DNA of 63,284 nucleotides, filler included, from Cercozoa sp. M6MM (Eukaryota; Protista; Endomyxa: Ascetosporea): NCBI GenBank assembly GCA_040357565.1. It is 7 parts of 7 records of this genome, joined end to end, with 100 filler letters (N's around TTAATTAATTAA, not from the genome) between each part and the next. Parts side by side here need not be neighbours in the genome. Positions count along the whole stretch, not along the records: positions 48,221 to 58,661 come from JBDODJ010000447.1; positions 58,762 to 61,426 come from JBDODJ010001722.1; positions 61,527 to 63,284 come from JBDODJ010001926.1; 4 more parts are not named here. One strand, written 5' to 3'. The notes below the pieces were generated by a model. The model did no database searches. It worked only from the letters and a program-made list of their open reading frames with translations, and was not told the DNA's origin. The position numbers and the translations under genes were made by a program. Position 1 is the first letter of the stretch. Every line of letters begins with the position of its first letter. Below are positions 56,826 through 63,284 of the stretch, piece by piece.

Positions 56826-58212
56826 AAGTGTATGGACCTGTCGCGTAGCCACCAGGCGACCTGTCGCGCGTGCGACTGGACCCCGATCTCGAGAGTATCC
56901 CGGATCCCTTTGGAGGTGCCGCCGAGGCGGCGGTGTCGCCTGCCACGACAGCACCGGCCGCGTCTGTCAGAGACGCACCTGTCGACACTGCGACGAGAGA
57001 CGACGGCGGCGATGTTGCTTTCATCTCGCAACGCACTGTTCTGCCGTAGCCTCTGTTCTCCCTGGCATAGTATGTTGAGACCCCCGTCACCCCCTTCCCC
57101 TGGCAGTAACACACACAAGCGACGGCATCCTGGCAACGCGTTCGATCGACCCTCTGCCACCTCGATGCGGTGCCCTTTTTCTCGCCTTGTCTTTCAAGGC
57201 TCTCAACGATCCCCTGTGCTGCAGTCGAACCACGGTGCTGCAGACCGTCTCTGCCACCAGCAGGTTGCTCGTTCTCTCCGAGGAAGGACCGGGCCTGTAT
57301 GTGTGTTGCTGTGTGTATGCAGTGTCAAGAAGAAGGGTCGGCGTGGCGACAGTGTGTTTGCCAACCAGGTAGACCTACGATATCACTGTATCTAAGTACT
57401 GTTAATACACATGCATGTATATCTACATATATATATATATATATCAATAAATATATATATATATATATATTTATGTATATGTATGTGTATCTAGACTGCA
57501 CGTGAACTGGCGAAACGAGCGAATCGTCGCAACGGTGTGTTGTTTACTTGACTTGTTGATCAGACTGGACTGGACTGACCCATCCCCTCGAGTGCAGCAC
57601 AAGGCGTCTCCGTGTCGTCACTGGCACGTTCGCAGACGCGCAGGTACAGTCAGACACCAGTCGTTCCACATCCCCTCTACCAACTGTGCATGTCCACACC
57701 TGAACACACAGGACCAGACGGTCCAAAATCCGTACGATTCCCAAGCCAGGTAGCTGTGTATAAATATATCTATCTCTCGAGTATGTCTATATATAAGTAT
57801 ATCCATGTATTTGTGGATACATATATGTATATTTGTACACATACATATATATATATATATTTATGTATAGACGGCAACTGCGACATGGGCCAGAGTTTCT
57901 TCGAGGAAAGCCGCAGCGAACACGGTCGCATGAAGCGGTAACTTTACCCCCCCCCCCCCCCCTCTAACCCCCCACCTTCTACCCCCCTTACACCCTCTAA
58001 CCTCCCGAGAGAGCATGTATGCTGGTGTAGACGGCGACTGGGCGAATCGACGCAGCTGCCGATGGAGATGTTCGCCACACTGCAGCAGGAGAATCAGGCG
58101 CCATCACAGGCACCTGCGACACCTGCTGTTCCTGTCCCTGTTCCTGTCCCTGTCCCTGTCCCTGTCCATATTAACAACAACAACAGCAACAACAACAACA
58201 ACAGCAACAACA

Positions 58213-58247
<35 letters not shown>

Positions 58248-58500
58248 AGCAACAACAACAACAAGACACTCATGCTGTCGCCCACCTTCACGCGTCGTCG
58301 ACCGCGTCGCAGCACTGGTACGTCACACCAAAGCTTGGCGATTCTAGGGTGTGATAAGAGTATGTGGGTACACACACTCACACACACACACATATACACA
58401 CATATATATATACATACACACACACACGTGCAGACTCGGTGTTCTCACACGCACCGCAGACTCGCAGCACGGCCGACTTGTTGACTCCGGGGTACGTGCT
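56234..58500 (+). CDS. Hypothetical basic, low-complexity protein, 3' partial
   Basis: Series of GT-AG-bounded exons (QQQLEREKTRQRDELLRQMRLQ; KKRKKPTVPIKREVKQE) and a coding (AAC/CAG)n tract at 58170-58263. Confidence 0.45.
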
Positions 58501-58761
58501 TCCAGTCCCTACCCCATATCCCTACACCCATACCCTACCCCCATACCCCTACACCCATACCCCTACACCCATACCCTACCCCCATACCCTACACCCATAC
58601 CCCTACCCCCATACCCTACTGCCATATCCTTTACCCTTTACCCTACCCCCCCCCCCCGCAGNNNNNNNNNNNNNNNNNNNNNNNNNNNNNNNNNNNNNNN
58701 NNNNNTTAATTAATTAANNNNNNNNNNNNNNNNNNNNNNNNNNNNNNNNNNNNNNNNNNNN

Positions 58762-58813
<52 letters not shown>

Positions 58814-58883
58814 GGAAGCATAGGGAAGCAAAGAAGGAAAGGAAAGGGAAGTGCAGGAAGCAAGTGTTACCGGGCGTGCGTGT

Positions 58884-59833
58884 TTACAAGACAAACATGC
58901 CAATGACGTTGTTCCAGTAGTCATAAGTGAAAACGTCGGCCAGGCCAATGGCTGAAGAAAGAAGGACCCAGTGTTTATACAATAGACTGCCGCTGACAGG
59001 ACACACTGAGGCAGTAGGTATACCATCGAGCCAGGTGTCCGTGGGTCGATCAATGGCGTGCTTGAGGGCCTCGCCGTAGGCGTCGCCGCTCACCCAGAAC
59101 ACAAACGCCGTCGTCAAGATCTGTGACAGCGCGAGGCCAAATTTATCGCTAGAAACGGCAGCTTGGGAAAGGTCACCTGGAGCAGCAGGTAGGACACGAA
59201 GAGCGACAGCTTGAGCGAAATGAAGGTGAGCCAACCCGACGAGCGCTTGTCGTCGTCGCCACTCCGCGACAGCCGACGGATCAGCCAGTGCGCCACCGCG
59301 GCCACGAAGAAGAGCCACACCATGCACACCTAGCACGCTTGCTGCATACCCACCAACACAGACACAGACACAAACACAGACACAGACAGAGCAGAGTACA
59401 GCGCCAGGCAGAGTGAACGCGATGAGGAACACAACAAAGTGCAGCAGCATGATCAGCTGCAGCAACCAACTGCCTAGCGTGTGCAGCACCACGTACGGCA
59501 ACGACGTCAGTTTGCTGCACAGTGACACACACACACACACACATGTACACACACGCGCAGGCACATGCCCCACACTGATAGGGCCAACGGCTCGTTGTAC
59601 TACTCCGAGCAGCCACACGACGGTTTCATCTGCGACGCGACTGACTGTTTCGGGTCCAGTCCAACGAGCACTTTGGCCACCTATCAGATCAGTGTCGATA
59701 TCGAAGCACAAGAACAAGACAGAAACGCTGCAGCAGAGACTTTTATGGTACCATGCCACGCACAGTGTCGGTGCATTTGCGAACGAAACCGGCCATAGCC
59801 ATCGGTTCCAACACCAGAAGCATCAAATCTGTT

Positions 59834-59872
<39 letters not shown>

Positions 59873-59912
59873 CGCACACACACACGCACACACACACGCA
59901 CACACACACACA

Positions 59913-59943
<31 letters not shown>

Positions 59944-60420
59944 TATATATAATCTATATAAACAGCAACAGTGTATATCGATAGTAGACAATACCTTTGC
60001 CAGTAGAGCCGTTAACAAACAGCAAGGCCATCAAACGAAAACGAAGCCACGAAGAACCCTCCGGAAGCGCATCGGCGACCTTTGTGTACATCGTGCCGAT
60101 GCCGATGAAGGAGGATACTAGCATGACGATTTTGATCGCGATCGGAATCGTGATACCGCAGCACGAGAAGTCCATGACACGAGCGACGGCGGCCTTTACG
60201 CCTGCAAAACAACAAACGCAGCGTATAGGTACCTATACAGCGTAGACCTTCCCCTATCAGGACTACCACTGGGTTCTTCAGCTTCAGTCTCGGCCACCTG
60301 CTCTTGCTTGTTCTTTTTGTGTTTCCAGAACTTCCATCGCGATGTGCCAGCACCCGCTTCTTCATCTTCGTCGTCTCGACCCTGTGTTAGTTGGTTGCAC
60401 ATAGGATGACTCCATCGGAG
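58884..60420 (-). CDS. Hypothetical multi-pass membrane protein
   Basis: Hydrophobic exons IAIKIVMLVSSFIGIG, LGSWLLQLIMLLHFVVFLIAF, FGLALSQILTTAFVFWV, WVLLSSAIGLADVF. The gene may extend upstream to about 60970. Confidence 0.5.
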
Positions 60421-61334
60421 GGCAGATAAATAAAGAAGCAGAATTAAACCGGATTCTCGATTGCTTCCTGGAGTGCTTGGCGCTTTTGGAAGTAGTTGAT
60501 GCCTTCAATTCACGAAAGTTTGTGTGCCAACACAAGAGAGTGGATGACAACAAGGCAAGGATACCAGCCAGAAGCAAGGACGAAGACAGGAAACCGCAGG
60601 CAGAGGCCCACAGTGGCTACACAACCAGCGAAGTGCCATGGTCACCCTTTGTTGTTTTTTTAAAGACATCGTACCGCCAGTGCAGCGACTGCCTCCAGTT
60701 GCTCACGATCGGAGACTTCCATGAGAAACTCGTGCACACGATGAAATCACCAAATGCTGGCAATGATTTAGAGCATGCCGTGCGTTTCGGCTCGGGAGCC
60801 GGGAACTGAACATGTTGAGCCAGAATAGTAAGATTGACTCTCTCAGGCATCAGCAGGCTGTCTGGAAGTGTCCATCCTTCAGCAAGTGTGGTTTGGCGTG
60901 TTCTGATCGCTTGCATTTTATCGCTGCGTCAGGCGTTCTTAGAGCAGTCGTGTCTGTTGGCAAAATGTCAGAACAGCTAGCCCAGCCGGCATTCACTCAA
61001 CGAAAGTGCGTCCCATGCTCGTTGTCCTGTTGTGTCTTTTCGATCAGTCGTTCTGAAAGCTGCACCTGTGAATTTGATATAATTTTGCGCCATTGTTTTC
61101 AGAACGACTTATCGGCGGCGCTCGGTGCACAGCAATGAGACCAAGGGTTTCTTTCGTTTTCTGGCCATGTGTGGGTTCTGTGTTGTAACTGTCTTTTTGT
61201 TGTGTGGCGTGCAGGTGCGGCGTTGCACCGACACGAGTACCTGCTGGTGCGGTCCGTGAGTGACGAAACGCGCAACAACATCGAGTCGGTAGCTTTTTCT
61301 CTGTGTAGTTTTTTTAAATGTCTGTTGTGTTTCT

Positions 61335-61426
<92 letters not shown>

Positions 61427-61526
61427 NNNNNNNNNNNNNNNNNNNNNNNNNNNNNNNNNNNNNNNNNNNNTTAATTAATTAANNNNNNNNNNNNNNNNNN
61501 NNNNNNNNNNNNNNNNNNNNNNNNNN

Positions 61527-62358
61527 CCCCCCCCCCTCTTACCCTTTACCCCCCTCTTACCCCCTCCCCGCGCAGCTCGGTTTGCGTGCACCGCCGGCGG
61601 CGCCGTTCGAGACGGTGCGTGTGCTGCCGCAGCCGGGCATTGAGCAGGCGCCGACAGCAACAGCAGCGCCGACTGGCACGACGCAGCAGCCGTCGATGCG
61701 AGGTAGTCTCTCTAGGGTGGAAGGGTGGGGGGGTAAGATGTGTAAGGGAGTGGTAAGAGCGGGTGTTTAGGCCTGCCAATGACTGGTCCGCGCGGACGCT
61801 CGCCGAGTCTGCACAGCGTGCAGAGTGCCCACCACCACCAACAACAACAACAACAACAACAGCGATCGACGACGACTCGTTTCTCGGGCGGTCGACTGCC
61901 TGGCACGGACGCTTCTATGGGCGGTCCTATGGGCTCCATGGGCGGTCCCGCGGGTGGTCCTATGGGCTCTGGTGCTATGGGTTCTATGGGTCGTCCTATG
62001 GGCGGTCCGGCTCCCATGGGCTCTGTGGGTAGCCCTGTCGGCTCTATGGGCGGCATGCCTCGCATGGCCTCGGGCAAGACGACGTCGCTCAACACGAGTC
62101 TGCAGTCCACTGGCAGTGTCGTCAACACCGGCCGGCCGCAGCTGCCCTCAAGTACTCCCTACACCCCCTCCTACCCCCACTCCCTTCTTTGTACCCCTTC
62201 TTACCCCCTCTTTACCCCTCAGTGCCGCGTGCGATGCCGTCGCCGGGTCTGCCGTCGCGTCCGGGACCGCTGAACCCACACGCCAACACGAGCGGCGCCA
62301 ACGTGCACCGGCCGGCGCCACTGGACGCGCATCACCACTCGTCGCGTCCGAGGTTGGC

Positions 62359-62400
<42 letters not shown>

Positions 62401-63242
62401 NNNNNNNNNNCCCCCCCCCCTCTTACCCTTTACCCCCCTCTTACCCCCTCCCCGCGCAGCTCGGTTTGCGTGCACCGCCGGCGGCGCCGTTCGAGACGGT
62501 GCGTGTGCTGCCGCAGCCGGGCATTGAGCAGGCGCCGACAGCAACAGCAGCGCCGACTGGCACGACGCAGCAGCCGTCGATGCGAGGTAGTCTCTCTAGG
62601 GTGGAAGGGTGGGGGGGTAAGATGTGTAAGGGAGTGGTAAGAGCGGGTGTTTAGGCCTGCCAATGACTGGTCCGCGCGGACGCTCGCCGAGTCTGCACAG
62701 CGTGCAGAGTGCCCACCACCACCAACAACAACAACAACAACAACAGCGATCGACGACGACTCGTTTCTCGGGCGGTCGACTGCCTGGCACGGACGCTTCT
62801 ATGGGCGGTCCTATGGGCTCCATGGGCGGTCCCGCGGGTGGTCCTATGGGCTCTGGTGCTATGGGTTCTATGGGTCGTCCTATGGGCGGTCCGGCTCCCA
62901 TGGGCTCTGTGGGTAGCCCTGTCGGCTCTATGGGCGGCATGCCTCGCATGGCCTCGGGCAAGACGACGTCGCTCAACACGAGTCTGCAGTCCACTGGCAG
63001 TGTCGTCAACACCGGCCGGCCGCAGCTGCCCTCAAGTACTCCCTACACCCCCTCCTACCCCCACTCCCTTCTTTGTACCCCTTCTTACCCCCTCTTTACC
63101 CCTCAGTGCCGCGTGCGATGCCGTCGCCGGGTCTGCCGTCGCGTCCGGGACCGCTGAACCCACACGCCAACACGAGCGGCGCCAACGTGCACCGGCCGGC
63201 GCCACTGGACGCGCATCACCACTCGTCGCGTCCGAGGTTGGC

Positions 63243-63284
<42 letters not shown>
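61527..63284 (+). repeat. Tandem duplicate at an 884-nt offset (61527-62400 and 62411-63284) of a Gly/Met/Pro/Gln-rich coding fragment
   Basis: The two copies look identical and give identical ORF translations. They are separated by a 10-N gap and bounded by poly-C/poly-G, so this is probably a scaffolding duplication. Confidence 0.85.

Noticed and set aside
61527-63284. Perfect tandem duplication at an 884-nt offset
   Set aside because: Identical copies across a 10-N gap flanked by homopolymers are most likely a scaffolding artefact.

Overview
Intron-rich eukaryotic (protist-like) nuclear DNA, with no prokaryotic features. The window is a concatenation of seven contig pieces joined by artificial N-TTAATTAATTAA-N linkers (17883-17982, 22936-23035, 45533-45632, 48121-48220, 58662-58761, 61427-61526), so synteny across those points means nothing. 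The genetic code is standard (TAA, TAG and TGA all end recognisable genes). Introns are GT-AG, mostly 50-150 nt, often start GTAC and often contain simple repeats. Genes recognisable after manual splicing: SNF2 (ATRX/ARIP4-like) helicase, Wee1/Myt1 kinase, UDP-glucuronate decarboxylase, AFG2/SPATA5 AAA ATPase, RPL12, a RhoGAP fragment, RPLP1, a two-LIM protein, a TLC-domain protein, centrin and a FAM221A-like protein. There are also several hypothetical genes and a probable decayed transposase. Best leads: (1) a ~340-nt G.U-rich RNA structure filling RPL12 intron 2 almost to its 3' splice site; (2) a UXS intron whose 5' half is a 47-bp copy of the neighbouring kinase intron/exon junction; (3) a TLC gene whose 3' exons lie inverted between inverted repeats; (4) a structured intergenic ncRNA candidate at 23.7-24.1 kb; (5) a ~1 kb ORF-poor island with high TpA. 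All gene models and base pairings were derived by eye and need RNA-seq or computational confirmation.
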